A stretch of DNA of 64,000 nt, from positions 744,001-808,000 of the forward strand of contig CBFDEM010000057.1 of the NCBI GenBank assembly GCA_965603825.1, given 5' to 3'. This DNA comes from Blepharisma stoltei ATCC 30299. Lineage: Eukaryota > Protista > Ciliophora. Positions 1 through 13,668 of this stretch are shown here, piece by piece. Position 1 is the stretch's first letter; every line of letters begins with the position of its first letter. The notes below the pieces were generated by a model. It was not told where the DNA came from and did not search any database. It saw only the letters and a program-made list of their open reading frames with translations. The position numbers and the translations under genes are program-made.

Positions 1-558
1 ATGAAGCTTAAACCAATTTATGGCGCCGCCGAATACACCCGAATGAACGCAAACCAGCTTCTAAATTTTATGTCAAACTACAGCAGTGACACAGGCTCTC
101 CAGAAATTGTCCAAAAATGCGAAAGATGTGAGCAGGATTTCTATAAAATTGATAACCGCATTGAAAAAGAATTCGAGCTCATGACCAATTTAAACGCAAT
201 AAAACCTTTTGAAGGGCCGTGGTATATTATTTCTGCAGAGTGGCTTAATAAATGGAAAAGATTTTGTTCACATGATATAGGGGAAGATAATGGGTATCCT
301 GGCCCTGTAGATAACTCGGTGATGTTTGAAGGGAATAGTGTTAAAAAAGGACTGGAAAAACAAAAACATTATAGAGGGGTTAATAGACATGTCTGGTATG
401 CGTTTATGGAAATTTATGGAGGAGGGCCGACTGTTTGTAGGCAGATTTTAGATATTTATACAGCACCCTCGATGGAGGTTAAGTGCTCGACACTAGATCT
501 TAGTGATGAGGCAATGCAAAGTATAAGGGCGATTAAAAGTATAATTCGACTTCAATAG
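1..558 (+). CDS. C-terminal DUSP-domain part of a ubiquitin-specific protease-like protein (probably 5'-partial)
   Basis: WYIISAEWLNKWKRF...PGPVDNS...HYRGVNRHVWYAFMEIYGGGP matches the DUSP signature. Ends at TAG; the ORF starts at the window edge. Confidence 0.75.
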   Translation: MKLKPIYGAAEYTRMNANQLLNFMSNYSSDTGSPEIVQKCERCEQDFYKIDNRIEKEFELMTNLNAIKPFEGPWYIISAEWLNKWKRFCSHDIGEDNGYPGPVDNSVMFEGNSVKKGLEKQKHYRGVNRHVWYAFMEIYGGGPTVCRQILDIYTAPSMEVKCSTLDLSDEAMQSIRAIKSIIRLQ

Positions 559-644
559 TTTATCTATTTATCATATAAATATTATCTAATTTCTTATGGT
601 CCTACACAACTAAAACTTTTTTATTATCTAAAATTTTAAGTTAA

Positions 645-1502
645 ATGGAAGGAAACAGCGAAAAACCTAGACGAAAGCGTAGAGGTAGAAAACTCAAGAA
701 AAAGCACCAATTCAAAGCCTCATTTCTCCAAACAACCCCTGCAGAAACTGTCCCACAATTCGAAAGAAAAGAAACTGTCACTAAATTCAAAGAATTAATT
801 GATTTGCAACAAAAAAACAAGGAATATAAAACAGAGTGGCTCGGCCTTTACACCACAATGAAAGAAATCCCTCTAAAGCGATCTCTAGTCCGCGACACTC
901 TGCCATCTCTTCAAGCAGAAAAATTCTCATCTGACTCATCTGCATCAGCTACCAAAAAAATTCCTGCAATGAGGCAAACTTTTGACAGCTCCAGAATTAA
1001 TATGCTGCTGGTTAGTTCCCAATCAGTTCCTTTAATCACTAATCGTAATAGAAAAGAAAAAACTGAAAGGGAAAATTCGACCCAAACTAGGCTTTCCACA
1101 ATGAGAAAATCAGGTTCAGCTGTATCTAAAGACTACCATGAAGGGAATAATGATTTTAGGGTTATTATTCCGAAATCAATTGAAAGGTTAGGAAAAGCGC
1201 AAAGGGCTGAAAACAATTCGCCAAGTGAAATGCCATCACAGAGGCTTTTATCGACTACTCAGTTAGAGTTTAGTCTTCCACTTCAGCAGAAAATTGGACA
1301 AAATTCAGATTTTTCTGTACCGTCAATAAAAAATTCACCTGTGACAAAGCCGAGAAAAGCAAATGATGCTATTAAGTCAGTTTCTCCAAAAGCATTTAAT
1401 CCTGCTGTAATTCCTGAGCTGCCAAATCCAAAAGTTACTATAAATGATATTCTATTTTATATAGAATACCTTAATAAAAAAACTAATCGCTTTTGTGTTT
1501 AA
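645..1502 (+). CDS. Hypothetical basic, low-complexity protein (285 aa)
   Basis: Uninterrupted ATG..TAA ORF between AT-rich spacers; basic N-terminus RRKRRGRKLKKK. Confidence 0.65.
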   Translation: MEGNSEKPRRKRRGRKLKKKHQFKASFLQTTPAETVPQFERKETVTKFKELIDLQQKNKEYKTEWLGLYTTMKEIPLKRSLVRDTLPSLQAEKFSSDSSASATKKIPAMRQTFDSSRINMLLVSSQSVPLITNRNRKEKTERENSTQTRLSTMRKSGSAVSKDYHEGNNDFRVIIPKSIERLGKAQRAENNSPSEMPSQRLLSTTQLEFSLPLQQKIGQNSDFSVPSIKNSPVTKPRKANDAIKSVSPKAFNPAVIPELPNPKVTINDILFYIEYLNKKTNRFCV

Positions 1503-1652
1503 TAAATACTGTTATAAATCCTTATTATTTATTTTAATATTTAGCATTTTATAAATAAAAAATATTATTAAACCTAAAATATATAGCAGAAGTTATTTAA
1601 AAAGCAATTATTTATGTTATCAATACAATACACGTCAAATATGATTTTGTAA

Positions 1653-3791
1653 TTACGATAAATATTTGCTGGGATGACTTCCACGTCTATGTTTATCAAC
1701 TTTTTCTGTAAGCATTTCATACTGATTATTTATCCACCCTTCTTCATGTTTAACAAGAACTGTCTGGTTTCTTGCAACCAATCTTCGAGCATTCCAATAC
1801 GCCTCATTGTGCTTCAGCTGATTTATAATATTTTCTTCTATTTCCCTTGAATTTACAACGTTATTCATAGCTGAAAATAAAGGAAGTGCAATATTTTTAA
1901 TAAACCCAGACTGAGATTTGGCTATATCAGTTGTTTCTTTATCACAGTACATAGAAACAGGCAGTCCCAAGGATTTTTCTATGTCGCCTTGTGTAAAAAA
2001 CTCTTGGAGCACCAGGACACATCATTTTTCATGCAATTCAATGGACTTGGCAGAGTGACCAATATCAGCCATTTTTATTGTCATTTTATTCATTTCTTGT
2101 CTGATTTCAACATTCGCAAAATCAACTGGGACGTTGGCTCCTACAAATCTTGCTCGGAAATGCTCAACTACATCGAAATGTTTTGACATATCAGTCGCAA
2201 GAATCAGCTCTATAATAACTTTTCTGATCGCAAAATACTTATCGCTTGGCAAATTTGATAGGACATTATATTCATTTTTTGCTAAAATTTGAAATAAAAT
2301 AGTCGAATGCATCATTTCTAGTACACTAAAATCATTATACTGGATAGCAACTTCATTTTTAGTCACCATCAAAAATCGGTTAGTCTTTGCAGGATGCCCT
2401 ACATCGTGGGATAAGGTTGAAATAATTCCGGCCATTAGCTCTAGAGAACTAGTTTCATCAATTAAAGGACAGTTGTGAATTATGTAGAGATATGAGCACA
2501 TCACATCAGCAGCGTGGCAAGAGTTGTGATAAGGGTTTGGCAGATATTTCCCTTCTAATTCACGTAGAAAAGAACTCAGCAGCCGATCACTGATAGAAAA
2601 CAGCTCATTAAGACCGTATCGTTTTATTATGTGCATCCCTACAACTTGTATAGGGGTTTGGCCAGAGCAGTCTCCTATAAACATAGTGTTAAAATTTCAT
2701 TCTTTTCCAATTTGGCGTAGAATTCCTGAGAGTTCAGAAATCCCATAAATATGGTTGAGTTTTTCTTTGAAATTGCCTTTGGAGCCTAATGAAGCTGCAT
2801 CTACATCAGACGACCTTTCAAAAAATACCTGGGAAACATGAATTTTATCTTGTTCGTCCATATTTTTCGTGATTTGGTCAAAAGACGTCTGATATATATT
2901 TCTGTGGCTTAAAGAGTCAAGTGCCCCTTTCAGGTTCGTTATAGTTGCTACAATGGTTTCTTTATTTCCATACTCAGCATGCTCAAAAGCATCAAAAAGG
3001 ACAGTTATTGAATTTTTAATCGCGTTTATAATAGTTTCCATCCCTGTAGAAGACTTTGTTTGGATTTCAGGCAATGGAATTGAAGGCAAAATTGATTCTT
3101 GAGCATAGTCAGCTTCTCTTCCTACTTTCGCAATAGTAGGATAATCAATAAGCCCGAAGAAAATGGCTAAAAAAAGCAGTAAAATTTGAAATACTGAAAT
3201 CCCTATATTTTGCTTCCCAAAGCAATTTAGCCCAAATGCTATAATAGATAAAAAAATACTAATAGAAATATATATCGCTTTTTTGGTCTCCAATATTTTT
3301 GGTCCAACTACAAATAATAGTAACAATGCCTGCATTCCAGGCAGATATGAAGCGTTTTTATCTTCTCTATAAATAACAGGGAAGATATTGAGGTCTGATA
3401 ATATAAAAGACAGCCCACAGTAAATGTAAAGCGTTGGCATTATTCACCTCTTCCCTTCGTCTTGGAAATTATCTCTTTGTCTATATATAATAACCACTAA
3501 ATTGATGATAAAGCTGCTTATAAGAAAGATAAGGCAGAGGAGAACGGTAGTTACGTCATTTTTGTATATAGAATTTGAAGCCAGAGTGCTGGATAGGTAA
3601 ACCATAAATAAAATAAAATACCCAACACAAGCTTTTACTGTGTCTCTGTACTTAGGATCATTTGAAGCTAAATTTTTATTTGCTGAATTATTAAGGAAAT
3701 CGTTTGAGTCGGATTGGTTGTGTGAGCCTTCTATGATGTTGATAGCGGTGGATGAGTGATCTTGAGGCCTGCTGGGCTCTGTATTTCTCAT
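1653..3791 (-). CDS. Membrane-anchored class I 3',5'-cyclic nucleotide phosphodiesterase (712 aa)
   Basis: Four track ORFs join in frame through TGA at 3444, 2697 and 2022. N-terminal hydrophobic helices, then YHNSCHAADV, HDVGH, ATDM, ADIGH and KW(TGA)CVLVLQEFFTQGD. Confidence 0.92.
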
Positions 3792-4019
3792 TTTATTTCA
3801 AATGTTTTGTTAATTATGACAGAATTTTCAAATAGAATGATTTAAATTAAAGTAAATATTAATTGAAGAAAATTTGAATCGGCTCATGCACCATTTAATT
3901 CTTTTATTTCTCGCAGAGCTGTAATTAAAATGGAAATAATTAAATAAAGGCTGGGCAATATAAATAATCTTTTGAATATTTCGCAATATATATATAAATT
4001 ATTAAAAAATTGGAAAAAA

Positions 4020-5354
4020 TTATAAAGCTTCACGGAATTTTTCGATAAGGATTTTGAGGTTCCTTGTTTTTAGTTCTTCTGGGTTAAGGACTTCTAAAAG
4101 TTTGCTAAATTCATAAGAGCCTATGGGTCAGCCGCCTTCAACCATTTGTTTTCAAAGCTCTAGCAGCACCAATTCTTCAATAGCAGGCTCATGCCGTTTT
4201 GATTTAAAATCTTCAAGAATTTTTAGATAAATAAGCCCTTGCTTATGGTTTTTATATTGATTTTCACGTTTTTGAAATTCAACAATCCCTCTAAATCCAT
4301 TAAATTTTCCTATTGAATGAAGCTGATTTCTGTACCCTTCTTTATCATCTTGTATCAGCGCAATTTTTTTCTTAATAGAAATCGGTCTATCTGCGTCCAT
4401 TTTCATCAGAATATCACACAATTTTTTATTCTCTGCAGCTTTTGACGTATAAAATGATCTTAATGACTCTTCTAAAGAATATTCAACGTCTGAGGATAAA
4501 GAAAACTTTGTGCGAGGTCTAGAAGTAGGCATTGGGGTGCGCTGGCTTGCGGGATAATATTTATTCATCATGATTTTTAAGTCTTGAGTTTTATTCATGA
4601 TTTGTTCGTTATCTCTTTTTCGTATCGGGGAAACTAATCCTTGGTGGTCTGTAATAGTCCTCCTCCTGAAGTTATTTCTTTTAAAATCGTCAACTTTCAG
4701 CTTTAATTCCAGTTCTTCTTTTAATTTTGATAGCTGCTCAGCTGCTTTTTCAATTCTATGTAAAAGCTCATTTTTCCCTTTTTTTATAATAAAATCGGCA
4801 CCTTGCGATTCTAAATATTCTTCATAGCTCGGCAATTCAATTGGCTTTTCTACTTTTCCACTTATAAGAGATACATAGGGTAACGGTTTTTCTTGATATC
4901 CTTCTTTCAATACTTTTAAAGGCTTATTTCCATCTTTCCAATTATGGGATTTTATTGCTTTTATTAGTGGCGGATCTAAAGCTTCTGCGGATATAAAAGG
5001 ACCGATTGTTCTTTTTCCAGCTCTGCTTAGTCTTAGTCTTTGATTTGTTTCTTGTATTGTTAAATTAAGCCTTTTTTTGACTACAATTGTAGGGGAATCT
5101 AAAATTACGTCTTCTTTTTTAGCAGCTGATTCAACTAGTCGTTGACGGATTATGTCACTTTCTTTGGTAATCGAGCTGGATTTTCCTTTTATATGATGAG
5201 ATAGGCTTCTAATTTCTTTGTTTATTGATAGGATTCGTTTTCTCCCATGGGATACTTGCCCTTTAGGATGAATTAGGGTATTTACCTCTTCGAGACCAAC
5301 TGCAATTTCTAAGGTTCGGTCTAAGGTTACACGCAAATCATCTGCAAGGTCCAT
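4020..5354 (-). CDS. Hypothetical coiled-coil protein (444 aa)
   Basis: The track ORF extends through TGA at 4152 and one further TGA to TAA at 4020-4022. Confidence 0.7.
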
Positions 5355-5703
5355 TTAAAATTAAATTAATATGACGTAATTGGGGACAGGAAAACAAATA
5401 AAATGCTTTATCTTCTATATTTTGGAAACTGACTATTATCTGTTACATTTTTATATTTTTTTAAATATCTTTTGACTATATATGTAAAGCAGCATAAGTT
5501 TAATTTTATATAAGGCGATCTTTAATTAATAAATAATTTTATTTTTTATCAAAAATTTATCCTAAATATTTAGCTGCAAAATAATACCAATCAAAATATT
5601 CAGCATTTTCAATTTTTATTCTATAACTTATAAAAATCATTTATATGGCAAATAAAAATTATTTAGTTATTCAATAAATTAAAATTTAAGTAAAAAACAC
5701 AGC

Positions 5704-6777
5704 TTATTTAAAAGCTTTTTCTAACTCGTCGATTGTTGATGCTTGAGGCAATCCAAAATATTTTTTCACCTGTCCTATTATTCGGTGGCAAGATCTTAAT
5801 TGGGTATTTAAAAACTCAATGGTGCTCGGAATAGACTCGCTGTCTATACATTGCAGATCCCTTTGTATGCTTTTAATAATATCTGCTTTTTGTTTTAGCT
5901 GAGCTCTTTCATCTGCTAAATTGCTTATTCACCTTCATATATCTTCTCGAGAAAAATTAGATTCCCCATTCATTTTCATAACTTCTCTAAATTTTGCTAT
6001 AACTTTTTTCCATTTGCATTTCTTCCTATGCTTTATTAAGTGCTTAACCTTTTCAACCAATTCTGAGTGATGCACTTGCAAAGTGTTTGAAACTTCATTA
6101 ATCATGTCCTTTCAATTGGTTTTTTCTGATGGATATCTTCGAGATAACTGCTCATCTAAGGACTCTTCTAACGAAAAAAACCTCTTATTTAGCTCTTCAA
6201 TTTGTCTAGAATTTGCATCGATACATCTTTTGCTATTAGATTTTAATTCTTCAATTTGCCGACGTAGACGAGCTCTCTCGCCTTGAAGATTCAGAATAAG
6301 TTCTTCTCTGTCATTGTATTTTTCTCTTAAGGCGTTTAGTTCTTTTAATATTACAAATTTGTCTTTTTCATGTGTGAATTTTATTGTAGTATCTTCGTCT
6401 ACAGGAATTTGCCTTGAGCTCAGCAGTTTTTCTAATTTTTCAATTTTTTTCTCTTTTTCTTCAATAATTATTTTCAAATTTTCATTTTCCCTCAGAAGTT
6501 TATCCCTTTCCCTGAAGCAGTCTGACAGCTTATTTTCTAGTGCAAGATTATTATCATACGTTTCGTCATGAATTGTGCTCATTTCTTTCAAGATTTTTTC
6601 CTTTTCAGCTAGTCTTTGTTCTAACTGCACAACTCTATCATTTTGATATCCGACTGCGACATTTGGCTTATAAATTACGGATTCTTCAAATGATGAATCA
6701 ATTTTTGCGTCGTCAGCTGTCATAAATGAAGAATTCTTCAGAAAATCAATCATGCTTTGACTGTTAGAAGCTGCCAT
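5704..6777 (-). CDS. Coiled-coil protein (357 aa)
   Basis: Open through TGA at 6112 and an IW(TGA)RW(TGA)I motif to TAA at 5704; heptad-rich. Confidence 0.75.
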
Positions 6778-6868
6778 TTTGTAATAAATTTATATGAATT
6801 TTCTGCAAGGGTATTAAGTACGCGGATTTTTCGTTACAATAAATTTTTAGGTCGTCATAAATTAGAAA

Positions 6869-9520
6869 ATGGAGTCTCAGATCTTGATCCTCACAGAGAA
6901 AGAGTACAAAAAATACCAAGCCAATCTAGAAGAAATGTCATATAGAAGCCCAAATTTACCGTCACCAATATTTGTCAGCACAGATTATGAAGAAAAAGTT
7001 GATAGTAAAGCTGCGGAAAAATTACTCCAAGATGAAACCAAGAAAAATTACTTGTCAATACTCAAAGACTTAAGCTTATCACTAGACCCATCCAAGCCAA
7101 AGCTAAAAATCCAGCCTATTAATATAAATGAGAATGAAAATATAAATAAAAAATACCAAGATGAAGTCTCCAAACGGCTGTCTCAAAGAACACCCACTGC
7201 AAAACCTAAAAGTAAAAAAAGAAGGATTTTAAAATCCGCAAGAGTTTCTCAGTATGCTACCTGCAATAATAGCTTTGAAAGAAAAACTCCGAGCACCCAC
7301 GAATCTATTATTGAAAGACACAAAGAAAAACTGATAGATCTTTTAAATGATGACAATCTAGAAAATCTTCTAGCTAACAAGGAGAAAAAAGAAAGGTGTA
7401 AAAGGCCTCTATCTTTGCAGATAGACGATATTAAGCTAGCACCAGAAATTACTGATAGAACCCAAACAACATTGACGAGGCCTTCGACAGCGAGAAAACC
7501 AAGCAAAAGAATTTTGAAAAAATTTATGAGCCAAGTATTACCATATATTCCTATTGATACTTTGAGCACAAATCCTGATACTCCAATGCATGCTAAAGAA
7601 TCGGTGAAGTCAAAAACAGTTAAAAAAAGAAAGCACGTTAAGCAGCTTTCAGACAGTACGCTGGTTCTTAATATACAAAAAAGCTTAATTGGCGCTAATA
7701 GATTGGCAATAAATAATGAAAAAATCCAAGAAAAACAAATTTTTGATAGGATTTTGAATGAAATTAAGCAGGAATTTAAAATCAATCAAAAAGAACAGTC
7801 TTCTAATATCATTGAGCTCATGCAAATAATGTTTAAGGTTAAGCCAGAGCTAGGGGATATTATTAATCCAAAAGAAATCACAAAATATAAGTCTCTCCAT
7901 GAAAGACTTTATCACTTGATGAAAGAAAACCCATCAAAACTGTATCGAATAATTTCAGATGAGGAAACCAGGCTTAATACTAATAGAAATAGGTTTGAGA
8001 CTGATGACTGAACAGAAGAGCAAGAAGCTGCCTTTAGGTCAATGCTTAGAAAAACACATAGTTTTAACTCATTAACAAAAACCAGAATTTTCAAAGAGGC
8101 AGAAAAAAACCTACCAGAAACCCGCACAACTTTAGATATGGAGTGAAAATATGACAAGCATTCCCCTTGGGCCAATGATTTTGATTATAATGAAGAACAA
8201 AACCTGGCATCCAGCCAAACCTCAAAGCATGCCAAAAAATCGTCAATTTCAAATCTGAGACAAGAATGCAAAGGCCTTACTCCTGAAGAATACAATTTAA
8301 TGAAATTTAAAGAACTGCAAGAAAAAACAGGCGATTTCACACTTGGGTTCAATGCTTTGCAGAAAAAAGCTGAAAAAATTGACAAAATTAATGAAGTTAA
8401 AGAAGCAATAACAGGCTATAAAATTTTTAGTGATTGAAAACATAACAAGGATGAGCTGGAAAAAGCAAAAAATAAATTAGCAAGCCATATAATTGAAGAA
8501 GGAAACGCAGAGGTAAAAAAACTAAACCAAGCCCGCTATTCTTATTTATCAGCAAAAGTTGCTAGACAACGAGCACACAAAGAGCTGCAAGATAAGCTAA
8601 TTCAAAGAGCAGAAAAAATGAGAAAAGAGCTCAGGGAAAGGCAAAAAACTTTTCAAATGCTAGTTCTGGTATATAGAAAAATCTGCAGAGATTTATATAG
8701 GCTCGACGATAAAAAGCCTAAGCGAGCTTTGCTAAACAGCCAATACCCCTTAGGCTCCCCTTTATTCAAACAGTCAATGATCAAGCTTGGCTATCTCCCT
8801 GAAGCTTATAACCCTAGCCCTGCACCCCCTCATGAATTTGACCCAGCCTCTATAAAACGTATAAAAACGAGTATTCCTAAGGAAAGCCTTGTCCATATTT
8901 CTCTATGAAACCTTCATAACCAAAGCTCAAACGACAAAAAACAAGACAAAAATGAAATGGCGTCTAAAATAAAAGCATTAATAAGAGGCTTCGTCGTCAG
9001 AAAAAGAGTTGCCAAAATCAAAAAAGGTGCAGCCGTTATAAAACGATCATTTGTGAGGTATAAAACCAAAAAATTTATACTGACAGCTCTATTAGTGGAG
9101 CATTTATCTAGCGGAAATAAGCTGCTTGGAGAGCTTTTTACGCGTTATAGGGAAACTTTTATTTATAATAGAGTGCTAAAAGAAGTTGTCAGTTCTCCGT
9201 TTATTCAAAAACTGCTTATAGAAAGAAGAAAACAGAAAAATTTGCCGACAAAAAGCCCACAAAATTTAATTAATTGTTTTGCAGCTGGCTCATCTAGTAA
9301 AACGCCACTATGCCCGAAAAGTGATAGGTCTAAAAGAAAACATATCACATTTACTATGAAATCAGAAACAGAAGCATATAAAATAAACAATAAAATCAAA
9401 TCGCCCAGATTTGCATTACAAAGAAAAAGTACCACAAATATACCAAGTTCTCCTATTATAAAAGAACTTCCTGATAGTGTACAAATTTATTTGAAAACTC
9501 TGCCAATTAAAAAAGGCTAG
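6869..9520 (+). CDS. IQ-motif (calmodulin-binding-like) coiled-coil protein (883 aa)
   Basis: ORFs 6869, 8618 and 8957 form one frame interrupted only by four TGAs. IQ-like ASKIKALIRGFVVRK and AAVIKRSFVRYKTKK; ends at TAG. Confidence 0.75.
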
Positions 9521-9611
9521 AAAAGAGAATAATTCCTATAAATTATTTCTGAGCTCAATTTGTATATTAAATAGACAATAGAATAATTAATTTTCAATTA
9601 AAATAGTTAAA

Positions 9612-10835
9612 TTAATCTCTAGGGTCGACAAAAGAATGGAGCATCCACGGACACAGCTCAATATCAGAAATACTCTTTTGGACGTAATTTTTGGTCCCAC
9701 TTATTTCGTATATTTCGAAATCTTTAGTAAAATAGTCTTCAGACTTCATTTCAAAAGAAATAAAATCTAAGCCATGATCGTGAGCTTCAGTGGCTAAACC
9801 TTCAGTCAGCTCAATAAGCATATTTCTTCGATTTTCCTCTGTGCATTGATAGAAAAATCCAAATGTTTTCGCTTTTTTGCTTCTTTTTTGATTTATTGCG
9901 ATTTTTGCGAATTTTTGAATCTTATATAATGATTTTCCATATTTGAATAAGCCAATTAAACCTAATAAAAAATAAATCTGCTGAAGAATAGGCTCACCTA
10001 TCAAAAAATATAGAAAATATCCATAATAAAGAGCAAGGACAATAGAGAAAAATGCTAAAAGCCATAGAAATTGATAAAAAATAGGGTTTGATTTCAGTTT
10101 TTCTGTGTCAATTACAACCTTTGAAATAAAAGTGTCTGCATATGCTGAAGAATCCCAGAGAGAAATCCCAGCATAGCCTTTTTCTGTTTCTACTATGTAT
10201 GTTCCTATGTAATGTGGGGATTGGAAAATTTCTAATAAATTTGTGTTGCAGAGATCTCTTTTGTCGTAAAAGTTTTTGGTCATTTCATAGGCTTTTTCTA
10301 CTGATAGTTGGTTTAACTTAATTGATAAGGAGGGATTAATAATCCATGTGTCTTGGTAATAGCAGTCAGCAAATTGTAATTTATTAGCAAATAATTCCCA
10401 TGCTTTGATGTTTGAGGATTCAATTTTGGCATAAGCGATGGCAACACCTAAGGATTTTAAGGCAACATTCATTTTCCTAATAAGTAATGTGGCAATTCCT
10501 TTTCGCTGATACTTTTCATGCACTTTTAATCCAAAAAGCTGTGCAAACTTGATCTTGTTTTCGTTATATCAGGCTTCTTTTATTACAGCATTAATAACAC
10601 CAATCAGTTTGCCTGAGACTGTGTCTTTTGCTACTAAAATTCTATAGTCATTATTAAATTGTTTTGGACGAGATGAGTAATTTTGGTGGAAAATTGTGCA
10701 GAATTTTATCAAGCTGCTAGGGAAACCTGAGGCTACTGATACTGCGGACTCTTTTTCAAGCTGAAAAATCCTAGGCTCCATTTCCTCTGTGTATTCTTCG
10801 ATATGGATGTTTGGAATTGAGTCAATATCTTGCAT
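9612..10835 (-). CDS. GNAT N-acetyltransferase, HOOKLESS1-like, with a two-helix hydrophobic insert (407 aa)
   Basis: Joined through TGA at 10569. Acetyl-CoA motif A LFGLKVHEKYQRKGIA, then YAGISLWD and a terminal FVDPRD resembling plant HLS1 (FVDPR). Confidence 0.75.
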
Positions 10836-11057
10836 ATTTTATAATGGAACGGATTTTTGCTGGAAATTTCATATAATGCAGGATTTTATATTTAGGAATA
10901 TTTTAAGGGCTTTTAATAAAAAATTGTATTTTTGGATATAAAAACAATTCTAAAATAAACCTAAAGGATTTTTGTTATGAAATGGGCTTAGTGGAATAAA
11001 TAGAAATCTTGTGGAAAATAAAATTTTCTTGAAAATTATATTAAGCTTTTTAATAAC

Positions 11058-11660
11058 ATGAGTATCCCAACCAATTTAAAAGTGGTTGTACTCGGAGAAT
11101 CAGGTGTCGGCAAATCAAGTGTGGTTCTTCGATTTATTACAAATGTATTCAATCCCACCTCAGAAGCTACCTTAGGTGCTTCATTCGTAGGCAAGGCGTT
11201 ATCCTTCAATGACAAAATTTTGAAATTTAATATTTGAGACACAGCAGGACAAGAGAAATATCACAGTTTAGCTAAAATGTACTATAGAGACGCTGATGCA
11301 GCAATAATGGTCTATGATATTACTAAAAGAGACAGCTTTAATGGCCTTAAGAAATGGTATGAAGAACTTAAAGAAAATGGGCCTAGGGATATAGTTGTAG
11401 CTATTGCAGGAAATAAAGAAGATTTAGTTGAAAATGAAGCCGTTTCTCCTCAGGACGCCAAAGCCTATGCAGACTCTATAGGTGCGATTTTTAGAAAAAC
11501 ATCTGCAAAGACATGCACCGGAATCGACCAGATTTTTAAAGATATTGCCTTAAAAATATTCCCAGAGCTCAAAGAAGAAGCAAGGTCAAGAAGATCTACA
11601 GTTTCACTAAGACCTCGAAATAATTCAAACGAAAATAAAAAAAAGAAAAAATGCTGCTAA
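11058..11660 (+). CDS. Rab GTPase, Rab5/Rab22-like (200 aa)
   Basis: ATG at 11058; GESGVGKS, TLGASF, IW(TGA 11235)DTAGQE, MYYR, GNKED, TSAK; C-terminal CC prenylation site. Confidence 0.95.
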
Positions 11661-11688
11661 AAATTAACAAATATTTTAAATAAGTAAG

Positions 11689-13668
11689 TTAAAGCTTAGG
11701 TCTTAAATACTTTTGCATCCCTGCAAACACCTTTTCTTTATTGATAGGATTCAGGTTTTTGCTGGCATCAATCATTGCTGGATAAATATTCCCATCTTTT
11801 CGGCCTATGACAGAGCATAAAGCTTCATCTGAAAATTCAAAAGTTTCAACAAGTCCAATTGCGTCATTTCTAACCCTGTTTAATACTTGAATTAAAGTAT
11901 CTTTCATTTTTTCTAAAATATCTGGGACTAATCCAACCCTTAATAATATCCCTGAGAATTTTTCAAGTTTGGATACTGCATAAATTTGCCTTAAATTTTC
12001 AACAGCCTGCTTAATATCAGGATCTACCAGATTTTCAACAGCCCTAGCAAAATCTTCATGGATTGATGCATGGTAAAGTGGCTCACAAGCTTCAATTGCT
12101 TCTACTTGTAAAGCATCAGTCCAGATTTTTTCTTTCGCAATTCCGCTTGCTATCAATTTTTGTTCTTTTTGAGCTAATCTGTGCAGCTTGAAATGAGCTA
12201 AAGCTTGGAAGCATTTTTGATGAAATGCAGGACAAGCAGCATCTGGGATACCATTAAAAACTGGTATTGGTTCAGCTAGAAAAGCGAACTTATTAGGCAA
12301 TTTTTTCCCTTTTCCTAGGTTTCTTAATAAAGCTGTTATAAACTTTGCCGCCTGGAGAATCAAAATACTGTTATCCCCTTCATACGTGCATGCAGGAATA
12401 TACATAGTATAGACTATCGGAATCCCTGAGTACATAGAATACCCATGTCCTCCACAGCTTCTTCTACACATTTCTACACTTTCTGCAGCTATAGCTGTCG
12501 CAAATCCTTTATATAACGACGATAAAATGTGCATTTCCCCAAGCATAGAGTCGTCATCATTTTGCATTTTCAGCTCACATTCTTGATATTTTTGGCTAAG
12601 GGCGGTTCTGGCAAAAATATTTGCATAAACCAGAGATAAGACTGTGAATAATTTTGACCTTTGGATTTGGTAGTCAATTAATTGTCTTTCTTTTGAAGGG
12701 TTTTCGTGGTCTGGGAATTGTTCTCTTATGAGGGAATACCGAATTGCTATTGTAGCTGCATGTGCCATAGAGTACCAGGAGTCGCCAAAAATTAGGACAC
12801 GTGCTTTTACCATTGAAGAATAAAGAATTTTTAGAGCGTTAGGGTTCAGAATTTCATAGTCGCCGTTTTCGTTGACTCGAGCGAACCTGGTGAGCATGCA
12901 TTCTCGTGGGACTCGCATATGATCAAATATTAAAAAGCCGTTGTCGTTTGCATTGGTACCAAATTTAGGACCTATATCGCCTACAGTAACTCCACATAAT
13001 GGCTCGTGGGTTTTCATATCTCGAATTTGTATCAAAAATGTATGAGGACCATAGTCTTGATTTTTGATAAAAAGTTTTGCTACTACTAATGCATGAGTTG
13101 CAGCTACTCCCAGTCCTCCGATCCATCATTTTGCAGACGTCACAGTTGGGCTGTTCATAACAAAAGTTTCGTTTTCTACATCATAAATCGCTTCAGTTTC
13201 AATTCCTCTAATATTTGACCCATGTCCCAGCTCAGTTTGTGCATAACACCCAATTATCTCTAAATTCATGATTTTCTCCATCATTTCTGCTTTTTGAGAC
13301 TCACTTGCTTGAAGCTCGAAACTTGGCAAGAAAAATTCATAGTGAAGGACTATAGAGGTCAGCTCAGGGAATAGCGAAAGCAGAATTCTGGACTCTTCTC
13401 TGGACAGTTTTTCTGATTTTATGAAGTTTTTCATAGCTAAACCGTGCCTGAGACCTCGATCTATTGTGTCTTCTCTGTTTTCACTATATCGCTGAAGGGG
13501 GAAATAAAGGTCAGGATTTTTGATGGCTTTTTGGGTAATTTCTCTGACTCGAGAAGCTGTGGTGTTTGGGAGAATTTGTGGGATTAAAATATCGCCCAAT
13601 TTTTCGACGTTGAAGGTAACTTTTTTCCGCTCCTCTTCAAGACCCATTTTATTAAATCTTGCTATCAT
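11689..13668 (-). CDS. ACOX: Peroxisomal acyl-CoA oxidase (~659 aa)
   Basis: CYAQTELGHGSN, KW(TGA)WIGGLG, GDIGPKFG, CRRSCGGHGY, TYEGDN; PTS1-like C-terminal PKL. Confidence 0.95.
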
